Positions 27,215-38,926 of a stretch of 64,000 nt of DNA are shown here, one piece after another. Position numbers and translations under genes: made by a program. The stretch covers positions 13,958,172 through 14,022,171 of the forward strand of contig JARDVH010000110.1 in the NCBI GenBank assembly GCA_030324005.1, written 5' to 3'. The notes under the pieces were generated by a model. It had not been told where the DNA came from. It saw only the letters and a program-made list of their open reading frames with translations, and ran no database searches. Source of the stretch: Negaprion brevirostris (Eukaryota). Position 1 is the first letter of the stretch, and every line of letters starts with the position of its first letter.

Positions 27215-27875
27215 TATTTAAGGACGGAGAAATGGCAGGTGGAATTTAATCCAGATAAATGTGAGGTGATGATTTTTGGAAGAACTAATGTGGGGGANNN
27301 NNNNNNNNNNNNNNNNNNNNNNNNNNNNNNNNNNNNNNNNNNNNNNNNNNNNNNNNNNNNNNNNNNNNNNNNNNNNNNNNNNNNNNNNNNNNNNNNNTTA
27401 CCAGAAGGACGTGGAGGCTTTAGAGACAGTGCAGAGAAGGTTTACCAGGATGTTGCCTGCTATGAGGAGAGATTGGGTAGACTGGGGTTGATCTCCCTCG
27501 GAAGGCAGAGAACGAGGGGAGACCTAATGGAGGTGTACAAAATTATGAAGGGTATAGTAGGGTGAATAGTGGAAAGCTTTTTCCTAGGTCGGAGGTGACG
27601 ATCACGAGGGGTCACGGGCTCAAGGCGAGAGGGGTGAGGTATAACTCTGATATCAGAGGGATGTTTTTTACGCAGAGGGAGGTGGGGGCCTGGAATGTGC
27701 TACCAAGTAGGGTGGTGGAGGCGGACACACTGGGATCATTTAAGAATTACCTGGATAGTCACATGAGCAGCCTGGGAATGGAGGGATACAAATGAATGGT
27801 TTAGTTGGACCAATGCGTGGCACAGGCTTGGAGGGCCGAAGGGCCTGTTTCTTGTGCTGTACTGTTCTTTGTTCC
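27215..27875 (+). mobile_element. HER1/CR1 LINE 3' portion
   Basis: EKWQVEFNPDKCEVM..YQKDVEALETVQRRFTRMLP..RGDLMEVYKIM..FFTQREVGAWNVLP. Confidence 0.9.
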
Positions 27876-27879
27876 TTGA

Positions 27880-29560
27880 CCATGAAGAGGGAAGGAAAAC
27901 CGGATGAGGAATAGTAGTTAGTGAGGGCTGTGGGTTTTTCTTCAATATAAGGTGATTGTTTTGAATCAGAAGGTGAAAGTCCCAAGGAGAGGAGACCATT
28001 TAAAGTCAGTTAACAGGAGCTTAGTGAGAATAGCATTGGGTTTCTTAGGCAAGGGTGGAGAGCTGTAGGAGATAGTCAAGAGAGATTGAAGTTTAGGACT
28101 AAAGCGGGAGCAGGCTCAGCAGGAAGATTTAGCCTCGTAGGCAAGGGAAAGCAGAGAAGCAACTGAATGGATGGATTTTACTCTGATGATAAAGAAATCT
28201 ATAAGCTCCTCTCACTTGTTGTTAGATTTGGGATGGAGGCAGCAAGATATTACATTAATGCCAGCTCTGGAGTAGAGGTAATCTTTACTCTTTACAATGG
28301 TCCTAACAAGGTGGGTAGTTTTAGAATTTGGTGTGCCATCTCATATTTGGGCAATGGCTAGAATGGCAAGGAGAACAAGCATTTCACGGGATGAAAGTGG
28401 CATTGTGGGAGTATTTAAAGATATCAGTAACTGCAGAATTATCATGATGAATTGACCAGTGAAAGCAGGCAGCAACTTGTGGTCGAGTTTTGTTCCAGGG
28501 TTGGATGCAAAAGGAAGTCAGACTGACGGAGGCTGATGAAGATGATAGATAATTAGCCTGATACAGCTTTGTTTTATAAACCATCAAGGAGAGGAACCAC
28601 AGTAGTGCCAAGGGTGTGGCTTTGAATATTGGTAAGGCTGTTTGCATGGGAGGAGAGTCCGGGACAGGACAGGATGGGAATCAATTCTTTGGGAAAGGGA
28701 CAAAGGGAGCTGAGATTGGAATTGCCAAGGATTAGGAGTTCCCGAGTGAACAGGCTGAGAGGAGAGAAGAGGGAGGATTTTTCTGGAAACCCAGGACTGG
28801 ATTTTATAGGGAGCACAATAAGAAATCTCACAACACCAGGTGTTGTGAGATTTCTTACTGTGTTTACTCCAGTCCAAAGCTGGCATCTTCACATTATTTT
28901 ATAGGGAACCACAGTCCCTGCACCACTAGCTGAAAAGAGTGAGGGAGGGGAGCATGCTGATAGCAGCGGCAACTGCACAGCCATTTAACCCTGGGAGCAG
29001 TGTTAATTGAGGTGAGGCTTTCGACCTTTTTTGGTATGAATCCTCATCTCCAGTGGGTGAGCCTCTCCTCCAAAAAGAGATGCTTTCCTCCTGCCTGACG
29101 TCAGTCTGTACAGTTAAAGCTGCCACAGGTAAAGTATTGATGGATCATGGTTGGGGGGCCTTAAATTGCCATTAACTGGCCACATAAGGGCATTGATAGA
29201 GCGGGCAGGTGACAACATTTTAGACAGTTCAGGGCAGATGGGTAGAAAGAACAACCTTTGGATGTTACCTGCTGCCTGTCTTCTAACCCGCTCCACTGAT
29301 AGGGGAGTATTAAATCCAGCCCTCAGGGTGGGATAGGGAGGGACAGTTGAAAACAAGGATTCAAAGAGAGCTGTGAGGATAATGGTGCAGAATGGCTCCT
29401 CCAAGGAGGAGAAGACATTAGCAAAGGTGTGGAATGATCAGGTTGTGAATCATCAATAATTGGTCAATACGTGGATGTGAGTAGACACCAAGGTCATTAT
29501 GAGTACAGGGTGAGGGGATTAAGTGAGAACACAGCACTCATATACTGAGGTGAGTGTTTA
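27880..29560 (-). mobile_element. Old L2/CR1-group LINE remnant with later insertions
   Basis: Strongly purine-skewed + strand with degenerate endonuclease/RT-like coding on the minus strand. Similar remnants occur at ~33840-34180 (-), ~45870-46760 (+) and L2-type 3' ends at ~25740-25970 and ~48900-49210. Confidence 0.5.
28813..28895. mobile_element. Inverted Penelope terminal fragments forming a palindrome
   Basis: TAAGAAATCTCACAACACC-A-GGTGTTGTGAGATTTCTTA, continuing CTGTGTTTACTCCAGTCCAAAGCTGGCATCTTCACAT. Shares the GGTGTTGT.AGA.TT motif with the 32020-32153 terminus. Confidence 0.65.
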
Positions 29561-30092
29561 ATGACATTCCCCGCGTCACCTTCTAAGAATGTAAGGATTG
29601 TCTTTTATTTACACTTTTTGCCTGTCTCCAGTCAGCACCTGAGAACTATGAAGTATCAAAATACTTAATATCAGTGGAAGATTACAGTAAACCCTATGAT
29701 CAGAAGCAACAAGATAGGCTGCAAACCCACTTACAGAAAGGAATCTCCATGTACTTTTAGAAATGAATCATTGAATTATTATGTCACAATGAGTAAGGCT
29801 CAATAAACCTACAAATTTTGTTCTGGTATTTTCCCTGTCTTGCATCATCCCCTTTCTTAATCTTTATGATTTTGCAGTTTGCTGCAGCTTTTTCTCCATT
29901 TTGTTGATTAAACTGCCCACTTCTGACAGTGGCGCACTCCCTCAGAGATGAGGTGTCAGCCTGCTTTATGTGCTCAAGTTTCTGTAGTGGGTTTGAAACC
30001 CACACAGTCCTTTGACTTTGAGACAGGAATTTTACAAGACTGACACTTGTGCAAGGTTACGTACATTTGTACACAACTGGCACTCATCACTA

Positions 30093-30508
30093 TGGCAACA
30101 CAGTGATTAGCACTGCTGCCTCACAGTGCCAAGGACCCAGGTTCGATTCCTGGCTTGGGTCACTGTCACTGCAGAGTCTGCACCCTCACCTGCGTCTGCA
30201 TGAATTTCCTCCGGGTGCTCTGGCTTCCTCCCACGTTCTGAAAGACATGCTGGTTAAGTGCATTGGCCATGCTAAGTTCTCCCTCAGTGTACCCAAACAG
30301 GCGCCAGAGTGTGNNNNNNNNNNNNNNNNNNNNNNNNNNNNNNNNNNNNNNNNNNNNNNNNNNNNNNNNNNNNNNNNNNNNNNNNNNNNNNNNNNNNNNN
30401 NNNNNNNNNNNNNCCCTCAGTGTACCTGAACAGATGCCGGACTGTGGCGACAAGGGGATTTTCACAGTAACTTAATTGCAGTGTTAATGTAAGCCTATTT
30501 GTGACACT
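30093..30508 (+). mobile_element. HE1-headed variant-tail SINE (gap inside; tail split by HE1)
   Basis: Same head and tail motifs. Confidence 0.8.
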
Positions 30509-30854
30509 GGGCGGCACGGTAGCACAGTGGTTAGCTCTGCTGCTTCACAGCTCCAAGGACCTGGGTTCGATTCCCAGCTTGGGTCACTGTCTGTGAGAGT
30601 TTGCACATTCTCCTCGTGTCTGCGTGGGTTTCTTCTACGCGCTCTGGTTTCCTCCCACAGTTCAAAGATGTGTGGGTTAGGTTGATTGGCCAAACTAAAA
30701 TTGCCCCTTAGTGTCCTGAGATGAGTATGTTGGAGGGATTAGTGGGTAAAATATATAGCGATATGGGGGTAGGGCCTGGATGGGATTGTGGTCGGTGCGG
30801 ACTCGATGGGCCAAATGGCCTCTTTCTGTACTGTAGGGTTTCTATGATTTTCTA
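30509..30854 (+). mobile_element. HE1 SINE nested in the tail of a variant-tail SINE
   Basis: GGGCGGCACGGTAGCACAGTGGTTAGC...TCTGTACTGTAGGGTTTCTATGATTTTCTA. The host tail resumes as ACTAATAAATACACTTTAA. Confidence 0.85.
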
Positions 30855-31039
30855 CGACTAATAAATACACTTTAAGCTGTGCGTGCACTGTTGGAAGTGA
30901 GTACACATACACTTTGCTACAACAATGCTCGTTAAAACACAAGTACACTGTATATTTGTTTCTTTTAGTGGTTGTTTCCAAAGTTTCTCCATGTTAGGGG
31001 ATTGAGCAAGTATTGACATATATCTACGATCCCCTGAAG

Positions 31040-31870
31040 ATAGGAGAATGGTTACAGCACAGAAAGAGGCCAGTCAGCTCATTGTGTCTATGCTAGCTTG
31101 CTGTAAGAGCAACTCAGCTGGTCCCCCTCTCCCCTTTTTACGTGGCCCTGCAATTATTTTCTCTTCAGAGAAAATACTGTTTCCAATGTCACTATTGAAT
31201 TTACCTCCACCATACTCTCACACAGTACATTCCAGATTCTAACCAATTACTGCTCAAAAAAGTATTTTCCACCTCGCCTCTGGTTCTTTTGCTATTCATC
31301 TTAAATCAGTACCCTTTCTTTCTCAATCCTCCTGCCAAAGGGAACAGTTTCTCCCTGTCTATTCTGTTCTGACCTGTCGTGATCCTGAACATCTCTATCA
31401 CATTTCCTCTCAAACTTTCCCACAGGGAACAACTCCAGCTTCTCCAATCTATTCATATAACTGCAATTCCTCGACCCCAGAGCCAACCCTGTCAACCTTT
31501 TCTGCACCTTGGAATTTTTCACGTCTTTCCTCTCGTGATGTGCCTGGAGCTGGACTTCTACAAACCTAGAATACTTTTGGATTTCCTGTCTTTCTCTTCT
31601 CATACTTTCCCTTTGCATCTTTATTTTTCCTTTGAGCTTTCAAAATTCAACCTGTTCCCACGCATCTTATAGAACATAGAAAGCTACAGCACAAACAGGC
31701 CCTTCGGCCCACAAGCTGCGCTGATCATATCCCTACCTATTAGGCCTATCTATAACCCTCATTCCCATTAAATCCCATGTACTCATCCAGAAGTCTCTTA
31801 AAAGACCCCAACGAGTTCGTCTCCACCACCACCAATGACAGCCGATTCCACCCTCTGAGTGAAAAATCTT
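31040..31870 (-). mobile_element. Cluster of CR1 3' fragments
   Basis: KVQKRLT..YMNRLEKLELF and a second CR1 tail (CTATGTTCTAT on minus) at ~31670-31870. Confidence 0.7.
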
Positions 31871-32019
31871 GGTGACCCGCTGCGAATATCTATAGAGTTC
31901 ATTGACGCATCCCATGGATGCCCTGAAAAGACCCATACATTCCTTGCAAATACCAAAGCATTTCAAGTGATTTCAAATGCACCCACTGTGAGCACTGGAA
32001 TATGATGTGGTAAAATGTC

Positions 32020-32153
32020 TGTGCTTTATATGCTCTGTCTGAGGCCAGAACTCTCCATTCACCTGACGAAGAGGGTGACCCCTCGCAAGCTTGTGAGTTT
32101 ATTATCAAATAAATTGGTTGGACTAAAACCTGGTGTTGTCAGACTTTCTACAG
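32020..32153 (+). mobile_element. Penelope pseudo-LTR remnant with hammerhead-like core
   Basis: CACCTGACGAAGAGGGTGACCCCTCGCAAGCTTGTG...AATAAA...GTTGGACTAAAACCTGGTGTTGTCAGACTT, the pattern typical of shark Penelope termini. Confidence 0.65.
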
Positions 32154-35150
32154 CACTGGAATATCCCAGAGACCTATTGTAAATAATGACACATCCTGGA
32201 ATTGCCTATAAATACTGACCCATACTTGGAACCCTGAAAATATTGACACTCTAGAGTGTCAACTTAGATGATGTGTGGATTTGTCTGAGTGGTACTCACA
32301 ACTATCTGGTTCAGAAGTGTTTCTTGTTATGAGAGCCACAGCTGACACTGAGATGGTAAGACATTGGATAGAATGCTACCATGTAATATGCAAGTGTGGA
32401 AAGCGCTTGAGTTGACAGCAATAGATACAGTAATCACCTAGTTAGCATTCACTGACCCTGACATTGTAACTTTCTATTAATTCAGCTCCATCACATTCAT
32501 TATTCCTGTCTTGTGTTTTTTTTCTGTTGACTATTCTGTAAATCAAGATAATGGCCTGGATTTTCCAGTCTCACCACGTCACATGCAGCAAATCAGCTAA
32601 AAGTCCCTTGATTTAGGGAGGATTGGTAAATCCCACTAGTGAGCAGGACTGGAAGATCCCACCAAATGTGTTGGCTTATGTCCTGGGCCTTTTCTCGTTT
32701 GACAGACTCAGCAGTTAATGGCGAGAGTTCTCTCGTATCTCATCTAAGAAATCACTGCTCGTGTACTAATCTGATTTAACTGATTGGCCACTACTACTGA
32801 GACCCATTAATGTTCATCTGCAAATGCGTGCACATGCACACACGTGAGAGGCTGGATTTTCCTGCTCCTACCCACATTGAAATGGAGTCTGGCTGTGTTT
32901 AAAAATGGTGGCCTGGTTTTGATTCCAGGATTCCTTTCCCTGTTCCCATTGCCAGCTATTTTTGATGGCACAGGATAAGGGTGTGTGCAGCATTTCTGAC
33001 CTTGCTGGCTCTGTTGCAAGGGTTGGCATTTTAGTCTTTCACTATTTTCATGGAAGTCAGGCTTGTTTTGCCAAGTGATGTAGTTTGTGGCATTTCAGAG
33101 GAGTTGTGCACCATGAATGATCCCTAAGTCTGGAGAACAATTAAGTTCAAAAGGTGTTGCCAACATCACTTCTGATAATGTAGTGGTGTATGATAACTTA
33201 AATACATTCTTAATACAGTAACTTTTAATTGGTTAGACTGTTAAATTGGCGAGGATTGTGAAAGTAGAAAATTCTTCTGATGCATTAGATCATATTATCC
33301 ACTGGATAAAATATCCTTTAGTAGTGAGCAGTGTTTTACGGTGTCAATTGCACAGGGTGCCTGGAATATTTTTTACTGATTGACAGGTCAGACAGATGTT
33401 CAACCACTGAAGCAGTGCAACAGATCATAATCTTCTGTTACTTCAAATGCTTTAATTCATTCAGCTCTGGAGGCTTTGCTGACACAGTTGTGCAATGGAA
33501 TTTCATTATGAATGTTTGGCTAAGATCTAAATGGTTGTGGTTATTGATAAAACTACCACTGGGACTGTGAGATTGGTTTTGATTTTGAGTTCCTTTTGAC
33601 CTCCTATGAGGATTTTGTTTCTGAGGAGAATTTTGAAAGAGTGTTTATTTTAACAGTTTTATAATCACTTAATCCCATTGTTTTCAAGTGGAGTTTGAAT
33701 GGCTGTGTTTTCGATTGGCAGTTGTATGATCTCAAAGAGGATTAAAGATTTTTTTTAAGTAGAATTTGAATGAGTTTGTTTACTTTATTCATTTCATTTA
33801 TTTATTACTTGAGAATCTCAAAGATTTCTCAATGTTATTAAAGGTCTCATGTTCTGTCCATAGTACGTACTGGGTGAGTGAGCATGGGAGTTATGAAAGG
33901 GCAGAGGATATTGGGAGTGGAGGTCTGAGCAGGCTTGAGGATAGGAGTGAGGATTAGGGTGTTTAACACTCATACAGAACTGGGCAGGTGTCACAAGGAA
34001 GTCAGATAGGTCTTCTAACCTGCTCGCCTTGACATGTTTTTGGAATATGCTTTTGGAAGCAATGACACTAAATCTAGCATGCACCACAGCCCTGCGAAGG
34101 AAATAGAGTGGGTGGGTACTGTTGGAGCAAGAGCTGAGATTGAAACTTTGGAAAATAGCCTGACTCATTATTCCTGTCTCACAAATGAAAATCTCCTCAA
34201 GATGCCTTTGCAGCAGTAGATCAGATCCGCCATGATCTTACTGAATAGCGGAGCAGCTTTGACGAGCTGAACTGTTTACTCTCACTCACTCTATTNNNNN
34301 NNNNNNNNNNNNNNNNNNNNNNNNNNNNNNNNNNNNNNNNNNNNNNNNNNNNNNNNNNNNNNNNNNNNNNNNNNNNNNNNNNNNNNNNNNNNNNNTTATC
34401 ATTGAAGGTTTCTTATTCAATTAATGGCATAATTTTACTAGGGTGACGAACAGCACAGCTGTAAAAATCCTTCAGTTTTATTTTCCCTCACTGGTCCATT
34501 TCTTTTAATCTCCTTAATGTCATCGGTGGTGTACATTGAAGGCACCAAGCAGAAGCCTGGCTTGTAGCTGTGTGACATGGCTGAATTAATGGAGGGAGAG
34601 ATGCAATCACCAACTGACGATCCCTTCAGTGAGTTAGTCACTTCAGCGCTGCATGTGACTTCATTGTCAGTCACAGCAGCTCCTCAAAGCTCCTTCAGCC
34701 AGCAATTTTTCAGGAGCTGGTCATTGCTGGAGAAGGAAAAACGCATAGGGCGAGATCCTCACAAAATTATCAGTGTAGCAAACAAACGAGATGACGGGAG
34801 TGTTTCACACTGGTTTTTTTTGGATGAGTTTGAAAATGCAATCTTACGACATGTTTTTGACATGAAGCTGATCATGCCAGTAAAACACAGCCGGGAAGAT
34901 GGCATTTAGTGCGAGACTGGTTCGCGCCTGACATGAAAGCCTCGTGCACTATCTTCCTAGCTCTCTGCGTTGATTAACCGGTGCAGCCGTCAGAAAGATC
35001 GCGCCCGTAGTGTCATTCACAAAGTCCCAATGCACTTCACAGTCAACGAAATAGTTTTGAGCTGCAGTCACTGCTGTAATGTTGGAAACACGGCAGCCAC
35101 TATTTGCACAGCAAGGTCCCACAAACAGCATTGTGATGCTGAGCAGATAA

Positions 35151-35435
35151 AACTAAAGTTTGTTTATTAATCACAAATAGGTTTACATTAACATTGCAAT
35201 GAAGTTACTGTAAAAATTCCCTAGTTGCCATGGTGTTCAGGTGAGTGAGAATTCGGTATGGCCAAGGCCCCTAACCATCGCGCCTTTCAGACTGTGAGAG
35301 AAAACTGGAGCAGCCAGAGGAAACCCACACAGACACAGCAAGAATGTGCAGACTCAGCACAGACAGTGACCCAAGCCAGGAATTGAACCCGGATCCCTAG
35401 GGCAGCAGTGCTAACCACTGTGCCACCGTGCCACC
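35151..35435 (-). mobile_element. HE1-headed variant-tail SINE inserted in a Deu-domain SINE
   Basis: Same head and tail motifs on the minus strand. Confidence 0.8.
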
Positions 35436-36509
35436 ATAAATCCAGCAGGTTAGGACATCGAAGCAAGCTCCCCTACTGTTCTTTACATTGTGCCACTGTT
35501 AGGAAGCTTCCCCACCTGCCTCAGTTGACAACTTCATTGAGAAACTGGTCCACACGACCACCAAAGCTCCAGCTTGCAATAATTTAGTCAGCAGGTGAAG
35601 GAGCATGATTTACCTCAGTGCCTGTTAATCATAGAATCTTGCAACACAGTTTGTATCTTCTTGTCTGTGCCAGCTCTATGAAACAGATGCCCAATTACTC
35701 CCACTCTCCTGCTCTTTTCCCCAAAACATACACTTTTCTTGCGAAGTGTATAATCTTCCAATGACACAGTCTGTTTCCACCAACCCTTTGGAACAATGCA
35801 TTCTGGATTATAACAACTGGCTACATAAGAACAATGTCCTTACTTTCCCTCTGGTTCTATTATCGATTATCTTAAATCGTATCCTTTATTTACCAAACCT
35901 CCTGGCAGTGGGAACAGTTTCTCCTTATTTGCTCTTTTGAAACCACTAATAATTCACAATGCTCTCAAGTAAATCTTCTCTTAATCTTCTCTGCTCTAAG
36001 GAGAAACAATCCCAGTTTCTTTATCTTTCCATGTAATTGAAGTCCCTCATCTCTGACCGCAATCTGACAAATCTTCTCTGCACCAAGCTCTTCACATCTT
36101 ATTAAAGTAGGCTAAATGTTTGAGGGGCTGTCCGGGTTACTGTCTGGTCATTCTCCATGAACATTAAAACCTAGGAGCAAGAGCAGGCCACTTGGCCCCC
36201 TGAGCCTGTTGATCACACTTCATCTACATCTCAGCTCCATTCCCTGACTGTGCTTCATATTCCTCGATACTTTTGCTTAAAAAAAAATCTATTAATCTCC
36301 GTCTTGCAATCGCCAGCCCATCTCTGCATTTCGGGGCAGAGAACTCAAGATTTCCTTTATGTGGAATACCTCAAACAGCATTGCTTTAATTTTAAGATAA
36401 TATTTCCCCATGCTTATTCCTCACACCACCACTCCTCTCCCCCAACCACCCTTCCCCCCCCAACCTTGGCCCGCACTCAACTTATGAAAATAGTTTGCTG
36501 CCTCCTTAA

Positions 36510-36820
36510 GGGTGGCACGGTGGCACCGTGGTTAGCACTGCTGTTTTATGGTACGAGGGACCCAGTTTCAATTCTGGCCTCAGGTCACTGTCTGGAGTTT
36601 ACATGTTTTCCTCGTGTCTGCGTGGGTTTCCTCTAGATGATCTGGTTTCTTCCCAAACTCCAAAGATGTGCAGGTTTGATTGATCGACTGTGCCCCTTAG
36701 TGTCGGGGAGGATTAGTGGGGTAAGTATGTGGGGTTAGGGGGATAGGGCCTGGTTGGGATAGTTGTCCGTGCAAGCTCAATGGGTCGAATGGTCTCCTTC
36801 TGCACTGCAGGAATTCTATG
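36510..36820 (+). mobile_element. HE1 SINE
   Basis: HE1 head, body and CTTCTGCACTGCAGGAATTCTATG tail. Confidence 0.85.
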
Positions 36821-37855
36821 AAATAATTTGCTGCCTCCTGTTAACATTTTAAATGTCTCAATCAAATTGCCCATAAATTTCTATAATTTGAAGGAATACA
36901 GGCCATGGAGCTTAGCCTCATAATTTATCTCTTTAAGAAGGTAATCATGTCATTGCTCTGGCAATTACTTGAGGAAAATAGAAAAAGAAACCTTGGTATG
37001 AAAGATCTTCTGACTGCATCCTGAAACTTTTCCCAAGGGCCAGGAAGCCAGCCTCGTGTCTACAATTGTTGAACCTGGAAGTGGATGCCAGCGATGCTAG
37101 TGAAGAACATTTAACCCATTGTATGTGACACTTCCATGTTCACCATTTGGACAGGATGCTGGGTTGGGTACGCTCTGGGTTGGGTATGCTAGCTAGCTTA
37201 GATTTCAAACATCGCTCTTGTGAGCTTGGCATGAAGCAGAGTCGAAACGATGAATCTTTCTGCACTGAGAGCTTGTGTCACCATGAGTTTGGCTGTGTTT
37301 TTTTTTATTTTTATGGCCAGTCCTTGCTGTCTGCCAACATAATGATCATTTTCATGACACATGCCAAGACAGTGTTAAGGCAGAATGATGGAATCAATGA
37401 TCTAACAGAAAGTAATAGGCATTGAGGCTGTTTCACATTCAAGAACTGCGATTGTGTCCTGACCTAGATACTTTGATGTGAGTCAGTGAATTATTGAAAC
37501 TCTTCATGCAGAAGCATTACGCATAAGAAAAAAAGACCGAGAGAGTTAGGGTGGGGAGTGGGGGGAAGGGTGGTGGTGGGGAGCAGGAGGGTAGTGGGTG
37601 GGGGGGAGTGTTGCAAAATTTTCAATGTGTTGACAATTTTACATTGGAAAATCAACATTGTTAATTGCCTCACCAGTCCAGAAATCCTTACCATCCTGTT
37701 TGACGTGACATTCAAGGCCCATTTAACATTAGTACCTGAATAGTTGGTCAGACTTGACTGGAGCTAGCTGCGCATGCTGGGGTTATTGGAGGTCAGAGCT
37801 GCAGCTCATTTGCATCACAATATCAAAGCAATCTAGCACTTGCTGAATGTATAAT

Positions 37856-38138
37856 TTTTTTTGTACCTTATTCTCAATCAAAGTCCAGTTCAGAACAGAT
37901 CCAAGCTGACAAAGACAGGCCATTCTTCCCATCTTGGGCTTGATCAAACAAGATCCAAGCTGACAGGGTGAGGCATTACATTCCTTCCCAGGCTTAATCT
38001 GAGCTTCATCTGAGCCAAAAGGCCCAGATGTTTTTTAAAACATCGCTTCTGGTGAAGCCTCAGTGTAACCTCATTGGCCAAGACCGGATGCAGGATCAAA
38101 AACGACGCTTGATCTTAGCCAAAAAGCCGAGAAGTGAC
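37856..38138 (-). mobile_element. U2 snRNA-headed retroposon (SINEU-like), apparently full length, with poly(A) and 18-bp TSD
   Basis: The 5' end GTCACTTCTCGGCTTTTTGGCTAAGATCAAGCGTCGT matches U2 nt 1-37 at 32/37. There is an internal second U2-like hairpin and an A8 tail. Flanks are ACTTGCTGAATGTATAAT (37838-37855) and ACTCACTGAATGCATAAT (38137-38154). Confidence 0.8.
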
Positions 38139-38256
38139 TCACTGAATGCATAATGTATACTACCGCACTTCTACTGACGTAGCTGTTCATGAATGATTCT
38201 CTTTAACAGACAAGAATCAGTAGATTAAGGATATTATGCTTTGCTCCTTCATCAGC

Positions 38257-38562
38257 GTGATATGGTAGGGTGGCACAATGGTTAGCACTGCTGCCTCACA
38301 GCGCCAGGGATCCGGGTTTAATTCCTGACTGGGTCACTGTCTGTGTGGAGTTTGCACGTTCTCCCCACGTCTGCGTGGGTTTCCTCCAGGTACTCCGGTT
38401 TCCTCCCACAGTCCGAAAGACATGCTGGTTAGGTACACTGGCCAATCTAAACTCTCCCTCAGTGTACAGGTGCCGGAGTGTGGCGACTAGGGGATTTTTG
38501 CAGTAACTTCATTGCAATGTTAATGTAGGCCTACTTGTGACAAGTAAATAAACTTTTACTTT
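38257..38562 (+). mobile_element. HE1-headed variant-tail SINE
   Basis: Same head and tail motifs. Confidence 0.85.
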
Positions 38563-38926
38563 TCATCCTGTGACACTGGATCCATGCACCATCACTCAAA
38601 CTTATTTCACAATTGATTAAATCTCTTGTCAGTGCCAGTTTGCACTCAATCCATGTTGACATATCTCTTACTCTGAATCTCTATCTCCTCTATGGGATAC
38701 CTTTGATCATCACTTCATCCAAATTCTGGAAGTCCCCATCCAGCAATACTATGGAAACTCCTTCACAGATTGCAGTGGTTCGAGAATAACATTGCAAGTA
38801 TTGTCCGGAAACAAGCCATTTGATCCAGCAAGTCCGTGCCTGTGTTTATGCTCTACACGTATTTCCTGCCACCCTTTCCTATTTAACTCTATCAGCACAT
38901 CCTTCCATTCATCCCTCGAGCAGCAT

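Noticed and set aside
38100-38138. Functional U2 snRNA gene (also 21514-21538)
   Set aside because: Only the first ~31-37 nt are present. There is no Sm site or 3' stem-loops and no recognisable PSE, and the sequence is embedded in a TSD-flanked insertion.
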